DNA of 64,000 nt from Takakia lepidozioides. Lineage: Eukaryota; Plantae; Bryophyta. The stretch spans positions 44,330,001-44,394,000 of the forward strand of contig CM060732.1 of assembly GCA_030704615.1 (NCBI GenBank), in the 5' to 3' direction. This document shows positions 1-12,599 of the stretch, in pieces. The stretch's first letter is position 1; each line of letters opens with the position of its first letter. A model generated the notes under the pieces. The model had not been told where the DNA came from. It searched no databases and was given only the letters and a program-made list of their open reading frames with translations. Both the position numbers and the translations under genes were made by a program.

Positions 1-848
1 TATTATAAAGAAGGCGGTATTCTCTCTCTCTCTCTCTCTCTCACAATTTCAAAGAAAAACCAACAAGACGGAGCTATTTTCTGCCCGTGCGGACAAACCC
101 GCCCAAATCCCAAGGCCCTTGGCTTCCGTGTGGATAATAATCAAGCAGATTCCTGTACCACAATTGCTGAAACATGTCATTCATCAATTAGGGTTTAGCA
201 GTTTATATGCAGTGGAGGTTGGGGGTGAGAGATTGCTTCCTGGACGAGGAGCTGTGCACTGATCGCATGTGGAATTCGAGACGGAAGAATCCAAAACCAG
301 AGTGGAGACAACTGGGAGGCTTGTCCAGTTTCGGGTGGATACCCTGGGTTCCGGATGCTATCGCCGCTCCGACCCTTTCAGAATTGGACTGTGGAATTGG
401 CGAGTTTTTCTCTGAACAGTTCTGAAACTAGAACAAGAGCTTAAGTAGTCTTTTACGACTTGCTACTTCCGGTTTGTTCTAGTAATATAGTTGCCCACAA
501 ATTGGGACCTCGTATGGTCGATGGGCTTGAGAGGGAAGGAATGAGAGTGAGAGAGTGATGGATTGTTGAATATTCTGTGAACTCGTCGAGCCTCGAAGCT
601 GCTGTTAGAAGCTTTTCAACTAACGTCGCTCATTAGTTGAATGTTACTTAAATGTTTTTGCTTCGATCTATTGTTTCGATCCAAAGCAGCAGTTGCTACC
701 CTACCGGGACCTAATATATATTACTTGATGAATGTGATAATCAGCATGTTTTGGGCCGATCATGGTTTTGATGGTTGGTGTGAATCATCGGAAGCATAAG
801 TGTGTGCGTGTGACTAGCTGGTTTCTGACCATTACTGCATGCCTGCAG

Positions 849-1214
849 GCATCTCTTTATTGACAAGAAAGGGCTTCTTACGATCCGCCTTTATCCGGAG
901 CACTGCCGCACGCCAACCACCCATAGCTACTATTGTTAGAGGAAGTGACTGGCAATCGTTAACTTCAATTTGTGAGCAGGGACTTCAGATCACTTTCTCT
1001 GAATTGTCCTAAATGCCGTCCTAGCTACCCGTGTCTTTACGTACAAAGTGGCAGGGGAGGCGTGCACTGAACTAAGCAAGTGTTAGGGTGGTTCTTGGAC
1101 TAAAGCAGTCAGCGACGTGGCAGCGATGATTTTGTTTGGTCGGTGGAAACCACACTGTATTCAAAGTTTCTGATCGAGGTTGAGTTCCATCACCTCAAGC
1201 TTGCTTCGCCACAG
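849..1214 (+). pseudogene. BTB/POZ protein (At1g55760-like) pseudogene, copy 1: N-terminal exons only
   Basis: After tgcag the sequence reads HLFIDKKGLLTIRLYPEHCRT..PPIA. Around 1123-1214 it reads SDDFVWSVETTLYSKFLIEVEFHHLKLASPQ followed by the donor gtaagt. Both resemble (from recall) the N-terminal half of At1g55760-type BTB proteins. Frameshifted; BTB exon absent. Confidence 0.65.
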
Positions 1215-1738
1215 GTAAGTGGACCATGCCACCCTTCTCCCTTTCTCTGATGGATGCTACTGCTTTGCTAGCAATCAAACAAGCTTTAGTCAACAATCTA
1301 CCTGAAGAAATCCACAGCCTTACAGTAAATGAATGCACTTGCACCAACTGACCGCTTAGGAACTACATGGAAGCTAATCCAGAGAACCCAACGTTTCAAT
1401 AGACTACACCCATTTGAGCTTATGAAGGATCTTAATGGTTGGGGCAGGCCCATCTCATGCTTATAAGGAAGGTCTAAGGGAGAGTCCAACGCATCTTGAT
1501 AGATTGACTCCCCCTAGCTACTTTGTCTAAGATGACTGCGTTGCATCCCAAAGCCCGGGACTATGTACCCCAATTCATTTGGCCAAGTGAACCTACTGAA
1601 ATTACAATTCTTTTAGCTTCGGATTCAGTTCGCTGTTTTCCCTTACGTTTATGCTCCTTTGGAGGTCCTGTATTGTTTGCCTCCAGGTTTTGTGTCCTTT
1701 TCATGGGTGTTGAGTGACATTGGAGGGAAGTGTGATAG

Positions 1739-1925
1739 TCATTGGGGAAGAGGCGAGTTTGTTGTGGGAATCGTGATCTTGTCCAGTGTCACTTGGATTC
1801 CTGAGAGTTTCTTTGCCAGAAGCTTACACTGTTGCTTGTTGATCTGCAAATCTTGGCTGGTGGACGTGAGGCACTGGACCGAATCGATAGTCTCTTTGCA
1901 TAAAGTCAGGGCATTTTCCGCCATG
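1739..1925 (-). pseudogene. Truncated N-terminal helical-bundle fragment (MLKL/MCAfunc/HeLo-like, NKQQC motif)
   Basis: MAENALTLCKETIDSVQCLTSTSQDLQINKQQCKLLAKKLSGIQVTL then a stop. The N-x-x-Q-C-x-x-L pattern resembles MCAfunc/MLKL-type N-termini. Deleted in the second duplicate. Confidence 0.35.
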
Positions 1926-2384
1926 GCGTCTGCTCTCAAGTGAAGTGAGCTGGACCTTGGGAATGCAGTTTTGGGTTTCAGTAATGTAGGAAGGACTGTC
2001 CTCAAATGAGTCAACGGTCCACCGGCAGTTGTTGCATACACATTAAAGATAGGTGGGGTGGATGCTATGAAGTGGTCATTGACCACCATTCACTAAAATG
2101 CATGGTGAGTGTCACCAAATCAAGTGAAATAAAGGGGATCGATAGTAACACTTGCCTCTATGAACTTCTCTGCACCCCTCCGCCGCCTTGTCTTTCCCTC
2201 TTGCAGCCACTTTGATCCTACATGCTATACCTGGCCCTACCCCCAACATAGCAAACAACTACTCACACTGGCTCTGGCTCTCAAACCACTAGTGAGACAC
2301 GCTACTAGTGCCTGTGGCCAGCAAGTTGAAGACACAAGTTACAAGCAACTAGTTCAGTTGCTTCTCACGGGACCGACATATTAG

Positions 2385-2490
2385 TAGATGTATCTAGAAA
2401 CTGGAACTATGCAGAAAGTCAACTAGAACTAGAACTATCTAGAAAGTCAGCTAGAAGTAGAACTATCTAGAAAGCCCACGCAAGAAAGTC
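2385..2490. repeat. Short tandem repeat (ctagaactatctagaaag units)
   Basis: Several adjacent copies of agaaagtcaactagaactagaactatct-like units. Confidence 0.6.
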
Positions 2491-3653
2491 ACTCCTTGAT
2501 TTTTGGACCCTTCATTTCATTAAATAATACAAGTGGCCTTAATACATTGGCCCGCTCTTTTAACTCCTGGACCACGCTAGGTCCTTGACCACTCTAGAAT
2601 TAACCGGGCCGAATGAAACTGCTCTACATATTTCATGATTTACTCCTTTTGTAAATGCACATACATGCAGTCAAATCTCTTTTGTGCCCCAAAGCCTGGC
2701 CAAATGTCTATGTGAATGTTGAGAGTTGAGACTCAGTATGCGGTTGTGGTTCTGCACGAGCCTCCATTTTTCAGCACAGATCAGGCTACAAAATGCGCAC
2801 GTCAAGATTTTAAAAGTGAAGTATATAACAGGACTATGTACAAAGTGAGGGTGCTTTTGAGAGATGACGTGAAAAGACAATTTCTTTATAGTTATCCAAC
2901 AATAGGGCCAGTGTAATGATGTGGCGTGGCCTTCTCTGAAAGATTAATTTAGCTAGTACACAAGCCAAGCATAACGGAAATGAAATGAAATGGTACTTTA
3001 TAACGTCCGCGGAAAGCTCATAGAGCTTATGGGACAAAATGGAAACATGAGAGAGGAACCGTCTCAAAATTGTCTGGATGCTGTGGAGAGAGGTACCAAA
3101 AGTGACCAGTCTTATCTTGAACTGAAATATTCAGTAAGTGGAATACTGATCAAAGCGAAGGTTTTGGAAAAACGACAGTGGCACTCAATGTCAGCTACTC
3201 CGCAAGGGGATCTCTCTGGAGCCACTCGATCTGCTCAAGTCCTTGTGTGTATCAACGGAGTGTGACCCATTAAGCGAGCTCCTCGCGTGCTCCTCGCGTG
3301 CTCTGGACAATATATCTTGTACAACGAAATTTCTGCTCTTTCTCCGGAGATCACTATGCAGACCTCTACCGACTCTTCTTTTGTTTATGCAAACCACGCA
3401 CGACTACATCAGCGGTCGGATTCCAGGAACCAGTCAAAAGACGTCGACAAACATCAGAGTTGTTGCTTGAAACACGCAAGCAGATTTCCTCACGGGTCTG
3501 CCAATGGGGTACATCACAGTAACAACAGCAACGCTGTTGTCCTTTACGTGTTGGTAGACCTGGTTAGATAATGCAGGCCGATCACCAATTTCTTTGCATG
3601 GCTACCTGTATGCACTTGCACTTGTAATTGTGAAACTCGTTACGGGTGATTAC

Positions 3654-4871
3654 ATGGAGGTCGGGTGGGGAGGAGGGCTAGCAGCAGCTTTCGTGGTCAG
3701 TTGGACAGCGGCAGCTTACTGTTACTGGTATGTGCGATCGCTGCCTAAAGGAGCTCCTCGGTTGCTGGCAAGTATTCCAGTCTTTGTTGCTTACGCAATT
3801 CTACCTCTAGTTTTCAACAGGGAGACACATTTAATCGGGGTGGGACTTCATTATTGCGTCTTCGCATGGATGGGCTCCTTGAAGGTGCTGCTACTGTGCT
3901 GGGACCGGGGCCCCACATGCGACCCAGCGGTATTAGCATCCTTTCTGCGGTTTGCTGTTGTCATGAGCTTCCCTGCAAACATCCGGAGACAGGGGAGGGT
4001 GGTGAAGCATGTGCCTGTTAGCACATCCTGGGTGGGTCATGTGATGGAAGCCGAGACGTGGTCGATGCTGGTAGTCCGCTCGGTCTTGAAATTCGTGCTC
4101 TTGATAGTGCTCCTTTTGTGGGTTCCACCCTTCCGTGACTCCTTGCCACAGATTGTCTTCAATGCTCTCTACACAATTCTGCTGTATCTATCCGGGACAA
4201 TTGTGTTGGAGATGTCCGCCGCCACAGCTAACTCCCTGTTCGGAATAATCGTGGAACCACAATTTGACAACCCATTTGCAGCCGCATCATTAGAGGAATT
4301 TTGGTCTCGCAGATGGAATGTTTGGGTGAGTAGCTCACTACGAGAAGTCGTCTATCAACCTGTGCTAGCCGCGCTATTAGGGAGGACGAGTAAACATGTG
4401 AAAAACAACACTTCCGAAGCACATCCAGGCAACCACAGCACAGCACTCAATAGCGGTGGTGAACTATCACAAAGGTCAAGAAGAGAGAGTTCCATCAAAG
4501 GTGACAAGATAGTTCCAGAAGGCCGACATGGCATTGACAAAGAGGATCACAACTATGGGGTGGCAAAGTTCTGGGCGATGCTTGCAACGTTTTTTGTCTC
4601 GGGCATATTTCACGAGCTCGGTGTATATTACTTGACCTTACGAGTGACAGGTGAGATGATAGCATTCTTCACCCTCCATGGGCTGGCCTCCGGTTTGGAG
4701 GCAACTTGGAGTGCATATGCTCCAAAAACAAGGCCTCCAAAGGCAGTATGCAGGTTTCTTACTCTTGGATTTTGTTTTCTCTCAGCCAGTTGGCTGTTTT
4801 GGCCTCCGCTTGCACCACAGCTCCTTGCTGAACTGGAGACAGCACGGTCAAAGTTATGCGCAGTTATCTAG
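3654..4871 (+). CDS. MBOAT-family O-acyltransferase (wax ester synthase / acyl-CoA sterol acyltransferase-like), paralogue 1
   Basis: Intact intronless ORF with ATG at 3654, matching the paralogue start. Motifs PQFDNPF..SLEEFWSRRWN and FFVSGIFHEL (catalytic His); multiple hydrophobic segments. Confidence 0.92.
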   Translation: MEVGWGGGLAAAFVVSWTAAAYCYWYVRSLPKGAPRLLASIPVFVAYAILPLVFNRETHLIGVGLHYCVFAWMGSLKVLLLCWDRGPTCDPAVLASFLRFAVVMSFPANIRRQGRVVKHVPVSTSWVGHVMEAETWSMLVVRSVLKFVLLIVLLLWVPPFRDSLPQIVFNALYTILLYLSGTIVLEMSAATANSLFGIIVEPQFDNPFAAASLEEFWSRRWNVWVSSSLREVVYQPVLAALLGRTSKHVKNNTSEAHPGNHSTALNSGGELSQRSRRESSIKGDKIVPEGRHGIDKEDHNYGVAKFWAMLATFFVSGIFHELGVYYLTLRVTGEMIAFFTLHGLASGLEATWSAYAPKTRPPKAVCRFLTLGFCFLSASWLFWPPLAPQLLAELETARSKLCAVI

Positions 4872-5119
4872 TAATTTGGTAATTTAGTAATCTCTTAATT
4901 AGTTGGTGTTTGGTAGGTATTAGTGAGAGGATGGGACTACGAAAGCTGGCGACTAAAACCTTGCCCTTCTATTACCATACAAATGCTTTGCAGCCTGCTT
5001 CATAGACGATGACGAAGGAAACTAATGAGGTTGAAATATCAGTGCTAGGGAACTGTCTTAGTGCCATTGAATTAATCTAACTTAGGGCCATTGAACTGTG
5101 GGTGCCTGGTGGTATATAG

Positions 5120-5410
5120 CAGTGTTGGGCGGTATTACTTTTCTTAATACCAGCCGGGTCCAGGTGTTGAAAAGAAATTAATTTTCAACACCAGCCGATT
5201 CCATAGTATTGAAAGATTCCCTTAATTTTAACACCGGCTGGTTCTCAATAGTAGTATGATTTTCGATTTGCGGACGGGTACCGATAGGATGGGTATTCCA
5301 ATCCAATACTGGCAGTTAGGATAGGAAGCAAGAATGGAGGTGCCACAGGTTATGCTGCCGAAATCTGGATTGAATCTAATACCAGCCGGTTATCAACCCG
5401 GTATAAATAA
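5120..5410 (+). mobile_element. Unpaired hAT-like element end with subterminal repeats
   Basis: Begins CAGTGTTGGGCGGTATT, like the TIR at 41610/60535, and is followed by repeated aataccagccgg motifs. No matching right end was found. Confidence 0.45.
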
Positions 5411-5497
5411 TAAAAACTAAAAATAAAAATAACCACTAAATCATTAATCAGTATATGAATGGCAAGGACTACGCTTACCCGCGAGTTTAAGGCAAGC

Positions 5498-5730
5498 GTG
5501 TGAGGTGGTTGGGCCGCTGGCCTCAACTCAGGGAGGCTCCGGCAGACTACCTGTCAAATCTTTTCCCCCACTGTAAAGGTGGGGAGCGCTCCACACCTCC
5601 TACTCCTTCATCACGCTCCTGTGTGAGGTGGTGGGGCCCCCTGGCCTGACCTCAGGGAGGCTCCAGCAGACTTCCTGTCAAGCCTCTTCCCCCACTGTGG
5701 TGGGGAGCGCTCCACACCTCCTACTCCTTC
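5498..5730. repeat. Two ~115-bp direct repeats, each with a GC hairpin
   Basis: gtgtgaggtgg...ccacacctcctactccttc occurs at 5498-5609 and 5621-5730; each contains a ccccac..gtgggg stem. Confidence 0.75.
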
Positions 5731-6329
5731 CTAACGCTCCCCATTTTTAGGACCATGGTCCCAAATATTCTCAAGGAGGGGAACAAGGCCCAAGATCTGG
5801 GGAGCGAGGACAAGGGACAGGGATAGGGGAGCGAGACTGGGAACAATGAGGGGACAGAGGGAACAGTGGAGCGTAGCCACGATCTTGGACTTAGGATTAC
5901 TTTGGAGATGAAAAACTATATTAATCAGTCCCATGTGCATCCAATCAATCAATGTGATTTCAGTGCCACGGATTGAACCTCAAACTTGACTTCATAACAC
6001 ACATCACCTAGCCATCACGCTACCATCCGCTTCTTGCCAAGACCTTGATTTCCTAATGGTTTGCTCGCAAGGGGGGTGGGGATTTGACAGTGCTCCCGTC
6101 GGAACGTCGCCGGTACGGCTACTGTACCGGCAAGGCCCCACGCTTGCATTCTGCTCCTATATGAATGGGACTATTGTTTTGTTTTGTTTGTTTTGTGGCG
6201 TCGTTGAGATCTCCCAAACCGCGGGCCTAGCGCCGGTGCTTGGTGCCGTTGGAAAGCCCTCGATGAGGGGCTTGGTCTCATGATTTTTGGACCCGCGGTG
6301 TAGGAGATATGGAATTTTTGAAAAAAAAA

Positions 6330-6870
6330 AATAGCAAAGTGGGCTTTCCTGGAGCTATGATTCGCCCATCTAGTCGCAAATTTGGAATTTCAAGTGCTTT
6401 TGGTCACTAGAAATTCGTGAAAAATAGCAAAGTGGATATATCAATATATGAAGCCTCGACAAAGGAGATTGCAAAAATAGCAAAGTGGGCTTTGTTGGAA
6501 CAATGACGTGGAGATCTCCCAAACTTTAGGGTCTCTCGATGCATAGGGGATTGCACTTGGACTTAGATGACATTGGACACTAGAGGTCGCACTTGGGCCT
6601 ATACATGGAAGAAGCACTTGGATAGTACATGGAAGATTGCACTTGGGCTTAGATTTCAATTCAATTCTTCACACATGGGCCAATGGCAATTATGGCATAG
6701 GCTACCCTAGATCTCCCAAACTGCACGGTCTATGTATACATAGGGGATTGCACTTGGACTTGGATGGCATTGGACACTTGGGCCAACAGCATAGGCTACC
6801 CTACAAGTCGCACTTGGGCCTCCACATAGGAGACGCAATGGATACATAGATGATCTTAGATGACATTAAC
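6330..6870. repeat. Internally repetitive non-autonomous TE-like sequence
   Basis: aaaatagcaaagtgg x3, gagatctcccaaac x2 and many ttgcacttgg(g)c units. Confidence 0.5.
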
Positions 6871-8167
6871 CCTATTTTAACTAATTCTGGACTTTTGGCT
6901 TAAATCCGGACCAAACTTAATATGTATTTGAATTAAAATTAATTCAAAATTTGTTAATAATATCTTGGATAGTAATGTATGATTGAACTTTGTGAAATTA
7001 CAACTGATGTCATACTTGTGTAACATATAAGATGTCCATTTGACATTGAAGTGCTTGTGAAGTTGCAGTGTAACTCAACAATTCATTGAACGTCGATTGT
7101 GAAGTCGAATGATGTAATATTACATTATGTTACAATCACGACAAACAAATGTGTCGAATCGAACATGGGATAGACTCATAGTACTCTACCATACTTGATA
7201 TAAGTTGATAGTAATTTTGATTGAATCTTCATGTTGACAAGCACAATATTCATAGACAATGCCATTGGAATGATGTTTTGGGTGTGAGAAGGGTAGTAAA
7301 ATATTAAAACAGCGTGAACATTAGGAAAATGACCTACTAGGGCAGTAAAATAAGGTTTGGGGTGTAATTAGATATATTAAGTGCAATAAGGTCCAAGTTT
7401 GTGGTGACTCGGAGAAGGGTTTAGGGTTTTAAAGGGTTTAGGATAGAAAGAGAGAAACAAATATGGACGACTCTAAACCTCTGTAGAATGTAAAAATGTA
7501 AGGGGAATTTGATATCCATGTAATCATTCTATTATACGTTATCCAACTTGAAAATTAAAGAAAACATTAAGAGAATGATACAAATTTTACAAGAGGTAAC
7601 ATGGTAGTACAATAAGGTTTGGAGTTTATTATAAGTAGGGTACTACACTAAGGTTTTTGGTATATGGTAAAAGGGGGAACGCTTGCGCGTGAGCCCAGCC
7701 AAGCTCACGCCACGTCAGCAAGGTTTCCCATGTGTAGGACCTAATTCCGCGGATGCCACCTATTTTCGCGGAACTGTAGGCGACTACCACGCCCCAGATT
7801 TGCCAACATTAATTTTTGAGAAGTCTCATCCCTCATCCAAATCTTAGTCGGATGAGAAATCATGGGTGGTTTGTGGATGATTTTTGTCCACGGGCACAGG
7901 ATATTTCAGAGCGTATAATGTCATGTTGCGTAATGAACACGAAGGAGAATGAGTTTGTTCTAACGAAGTTCCGTCCCCCCCAATTCACATCCATTTTTCA
8001 TTGATAGACGTTCTCCAGACAAACACTAGGAAATCTCTAAAGCGTCTTTGCGGTTTATGAAAAAACATGGTGCAGAACAGGTTGGCAAGACTTGCAATGC
8101 AAGACACGAAACAAAGAACAAGGGCCAGCAGCCATACAAAATACAAAAAGCAGTCCTAAAAAAAGAA

Positions 8168-8312
8168 TGCTTTCATTTCTCAAATCAATGTTGCATCAAC
8201 GCAAGGTTGATTTGCATCACCCTCCCAACCAAAAAAAAAAACAAAAAAAAAAAACACTTTCATTTCTCAAATCAAGGTTGCGTCAACGCAAGGTTGATTT
8301 GCATCACCCCCC
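8168..8312. repeat. Direct repeat (~55 bp x2) separated by a poly(A) tract
   Basis: ctttcatttctcaaatcaa.gttgc.tcaacgcaaggttgatttgcatcaccc occurs twice. Confidence 0.7.
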
Positions 8313-9815
8313 AAGGAGAAAAAAAATAAAAAATTCAAAAAATTCAAAAAATGATGCTTTCATTTTTTGAAAGCATCATTACGTAACTCTCCAATGGGCG
8401 TTTTCGAAAAACAAATCTCGTCTGGAATCTCCTATCCGCCCACGCTCTATAGACCAGTACCATAAGAGAAGAATGAATCCATCTAGATTTTTAGTAGTCC
8501 AGCACAAGCACAGTAAGATTGTATTTCTGTGCAGACAGATGCATGTCATATACTCCGTGTCACATGATTTGATAGCTAAAATTCTGGCAGAATGCATGAT
8601 GGATGGTCGTTCACGATCCTCAAGTAAGAGGTCCTCCCTTCAGTTGTCATGTTTGGATGGAGGCTAAGGTTAGAATAAGTGTTGTCAGTGTGGAAACTCT
8701 TGTTGGAGTTCATTGTCACTCGCAGATGTTTGATTCCTGCCCGATTCCTGTATGTAAAGGTAGCTTAATGAACATGTATTCCATGTGCATTTTCTAGTTT
8801 GAGCTATAGTCACTATGTATAATCGCCTTTGGACAAGTTTCTTTGTTTAGGATCACGCACTGATGACTCCTCGATGAGTTCTAAAGAGCCACAGCTGCAT
8901 CCCCCTCAGAAGGACTAGCTTGCTGCTTGAGAGTGGCTATTGCTGCTTGCAAGTGTGCGGTGGCAGCAGCTGCAGCATCATGTATTCTCTTTAGCTCCTC
9001 CACAACATCCCAATCCAAACTTTCGTACTGGGCCAACTCCTGGCTCCTCTGCAAACGCTTATCCATACCAGGTTTGTGGCTCTCATTGACATAGGAAAAA
9101 ATGGACTCCTGGCCAGTCTCATCATGACGATTGCCTGGTTCTTGTGTACTTCAAATGTCCGAAACTTCTATCATTCTGGACACTTGAAATACTTGTTGGT
9201 GGTTGTCTGGGCTTTACTGTCAATCAGTCCAGTTCCTTGAAAACGAGTACATTAGTCTACGAATTTGTAGAGTGTGGGTCGGGGTTGAACAAAATCCGGA
9301 AACAATGTGCATTACAGATTAAAATCTTTAGTAAAAGATATCAAATTTCAAATGGAAATCCAATGCAATACCTAGATAGATCTCTAGTGCTCAGCTCCAG
9401 TAAAGTTTTGACAGATACCAATACAGTTGCAGCATGTTCTCTCTCAATTCTGGACTCTACCTCAACATGTGTGTGGCCTTGGATCTTCCAGCGTCCTTGT
9501 GTGGTTGACAATTCATCTGCGGGTATTGGGGCTACTACGTTTATACTAACTACACTCCCATAATTTTAATAGCATTAACTTGTAGAGGAGCACCGCATCT
9601 CCACCAAGCTAAACATCATAGGCCTCGTGAGGGTTTTTTTTTTTTTTTTTCCTTTTTTTTATTTCTTCCCAGAAAAAAGAAAAAAAAGGAACGGATTAGT
9701 GTTGGGCAGATATAATCTGATTTTTTGTCATATCCTCTGGTTCCGATTTTTCCAAGCTTTCGAAAACTAAGAACTTCCAGACTCCAGTTCCAAATACTGG
9801 CAATATCTATATTAC

Positions 9816-10160
9816 GTTTTTTTTTGGTTTTTTTTTGTTTTGTTTTTCAAACAGGGTATGGTGCCCTGATGAATTTTATTAAATAAGGGGAACATAAGAC
9901 AGATGGAGGAAAAAATAACCTCCACGAAGGCCATAAAAGCGTATCTCATGGGGAACACCCAGTGTCTGGCAAAGGGGGGTGGGGGGAGAAAAGCGGGGCT
10001 GATGCCGAAAACGAGGCAGAGATGGAAAGCTAACTACCTAGCAGACTCGTAAGAGAACCAAGAAGCGCTTTAAAAGATAAGGAGACTGCAGCCAAGATCA
10101 TAAAGAGGCAGAGAGGAGGGAACGATTAACTAGTCAGACCCTGTAAAGGACCCATACAGG
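9816..10160 (-). mobile_element. Possible 3' end of a non-LTR retroelement
   Basis: The minus strand reads AATAAA...cagggcaccataccctg followed by an interrupted poly(A) tail (poly-T at 9816-9847 on +). Confidence 0.35.
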
Positions 10161-10624
10161 AACTAGCGACCAAAATCTAGATGCATTTTGGATTTGGAGT
10201 TGTGAGCCTTTGTGTTTCCAATTGATTTATCGGCGTCAGACTCAGTTGGCGATTTGCCAAGCGCTGGGGAGTTGATCACGCCATTCAACTCTGGAGTCAG
10301 AGAACCGTGTGCAGATGAGGCCGTTTTTTGCCCAGGTGGTGTCGAAATCCTCGAAAAGGTCCCTGCTCCTTCTTTCTCTGCACGTGCTGACAGCTGCTTG
10401 CAAAGACACCACGCTTTACACGGTTCCATACTCTCGCAGTTTTTATTTTTTTTGTGCCCAAGGGACTGAGGCACTTTATTGGGAATTTTTTGCGGAAAAA
10501 TATTTAAAACCCCTTGTACACCATGAGGCACACACAGTCAGTGAATGATACGAACTAGCTATAGACCTTTTTAGAGAGCCATGAACCAAGAGTAGGTCTC
10601 TGGCCCGTGCATGGAATGTAGCAT

Positions 10625-11620
10625 TGTAAGACCCGACGTTTTAACTATGTCATTTAAGCAGACTTTTAAATAGTCATAAGCATGAAAAGTCATGGGTATG
10701 CAAAAGACTTGAGGTGCTTCCAATTGATGTCACGCTCGAACTCGGGGGAGGCTGCGGGCCTAGGGATGCCTCCCTTGTGGGAAAAACAAAGTGATTCCTG
10801 GTTGATTTCCCCGATTAATACACTAATCGGGGAATGCAACAAATGGCACGGTCCCTGATGGAATCTCGGACCGAGCCACTGAGGTAGAAACAAAGAAATT
10901 CCTATGTGCCAAAAAAGGGACATTTCACATGCAATAAAAATGGGACAAGTACAAAAAATGAGACAGCTCAGATTTGACAAAATCTGGATTTTTTATTTAT
11001 TTTTTGATGAAATCTTGATATTTTAGTATGTGAGGGGAAAAAATAAATCCCTGTGGGGCCATAAGGCAAGCACACCTGACGGTGAGGTACGAACCCATAG
11101 TACTTTTAACGGAGAGAAATCCATCCCAGAGGATGAGGTGGAATGCTACGATTAAGAACAACAGCTAGGAGAGGGCCAAGAGCGAATCTAGGGCTCACGA
11201 GATGCGAGCTCCAATATGAGGGCAAGTATGCCGACTAGCCCTGACAGATTCCTACCACTGCGATCAATGAAAGGAGCATCCTATAAATGAACTTGCAGTT
11301 TAGAACAAGGAAGCCAGGATCGGCTTGAGAGAAGAAAGCAGTGGTAAGATCAGCTGTGAGTGATCCACTTCAATCAGGGATTGGAGCCTGAGAGAGATAA
11401 AAATAAAGAGAACACTAGAGTGAGGCGAACTTGGAGACAGAGTCAAGGGAGAATGGAACAGCAGCTGGCGTTGGAGGTCGCTACTTGCCGCAGCTAAGCC
11501 GAGTCGAGTTTCTGCCATTGATGTGCTTCCAATTAATTTCCCTGTCGAACTCCGGTGAGTCATGGTAGTGCAGTGATTGCCCTTGCCAGGAGTCTGGTGG
11601 GCCTCTGGTCCGGAGACAGA
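10625..11620 (+). mobile_element. Possible degenerate LTR fragment
   Basis: Starts TGTAAGACCCG, a typical Gypsy LTR start, and has a CTATAAAT box at 11281. No matching CA end or TSD was found. Confidence 0.3.
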
Positions 11621-12301
11621 TTGCCGACGAAGAGTAGTTGCATATGATGTTGTCTTCCCCCAAGAGCATTTGAATTTGCTGACGAGCTGATATTCAGCCT
11701 CTGGATTCCTGCTGATGTCTGCAATCATTTTCGCCCAGGCCTTTCTTCCCTCAATTTGCACCTCATGGAATATTGTAGATAAAAGCACAGAGAGACAAAT
11801 CTTCTCTCTATTTAAAACCCATGAACGTCAAGCTCTCCTTACTCATGACATGAAATTTGTCCATGTGAGCTACCAGAGGGGAGCACAACTCCCATACTCA
11901 ACCTACTTTCATTTGAATGGGTTGACCCTGGATCAGTATTGGTTGACATCAAGCCAGGTTGGACAGACTCAGAATCCAAGCTGCAACACTGTAAGTTCTG
12001 CTATCATTTGAGTAGCAAGACTCTGAATGAGGATACTCCCTGTACATAAGTAGTACATACCCTGAAAGAATGCCTCCAGGTGAGCTGTAGGATTAGGTGA
12101 ACCCTGGTGGGTGTGAACCACACAAAAACACAAAAGGCTCCTCTTAGTTAAGGCTGTGACAATAATCCATTTTCTGGTATGTTGTCGGGGTATTCTCAAC
12201 AGGGAGTGACACTGTCTTACAATGTCTCATGTTTGGGCAGCTTTCAGCTCTGAATCTGTGGTAATGGCAAGGAGCAGATGGAACTCTGCAAGAGGGACAT
12301 T

Positions 12302-12445
12302 GAGGGGATGATACAGGAAGGGACAAAACCCAATGAGGTCACCTTTGTTTGCATTCCTAAAGCTTGTGCCAGCCTGACAGCCCTGGAGAACTAGGGCAAA
12401 CAGGTCCATTCTGAGATCATGAAATCTGGTATTGTGCCAGATGTC
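12302..12445 (+). pseudogene. PLS-PPR fragment, inverted relative to its neighbours
   Basis: EGMIQEGTKPNEVTFVCIPKACASLTALEN*GKQVHSEIMKSGIVPDV. Confidence 0.8.
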
Positions 12446-12599
12446 AAAAAGAAAACATTTGCATCCATGCGAAAGTTCAAATATGATTAGAATGTACTCA
12501 TATGGTATTATTTGGTTAGTGCTGTAGCCTTGTGGCCATCGACTCTGTGTTTGGTGAGGAACAAAAGGAGCTGCCCAGCAATTTTAGTCCAACATGGCT

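Larger units (their letters stand above)
678..4860 (+). repeat. Segmental duplication, copy 1 (paralogous to ~19250-22690)
   Basis: Collinear matching blocks: 678-980/19250-19558, 1585-1690/20533-20635, 2724-3565/20683-21455 and the MBOAT CDS. 1263-1563 matches 19651-19858 in inverted orientation. Confidence 0.9.

Noticed and set aside
726-828. TGATGA...CTGA pair suggesting a C/D-box snoRNA
   Set aside because: The C box is altered in the duplicate (tgctga), and no terminal stem or guide was recognised. It lies in BTB pseudogene intron sequence.
3594-3653. 20-aa N-terminal extension of MBOAT 1 in the ORF track
   Set aside because: It begins at TTG and is not conserved in paralogue 2, where ATG is preceded by an in-frame stop.
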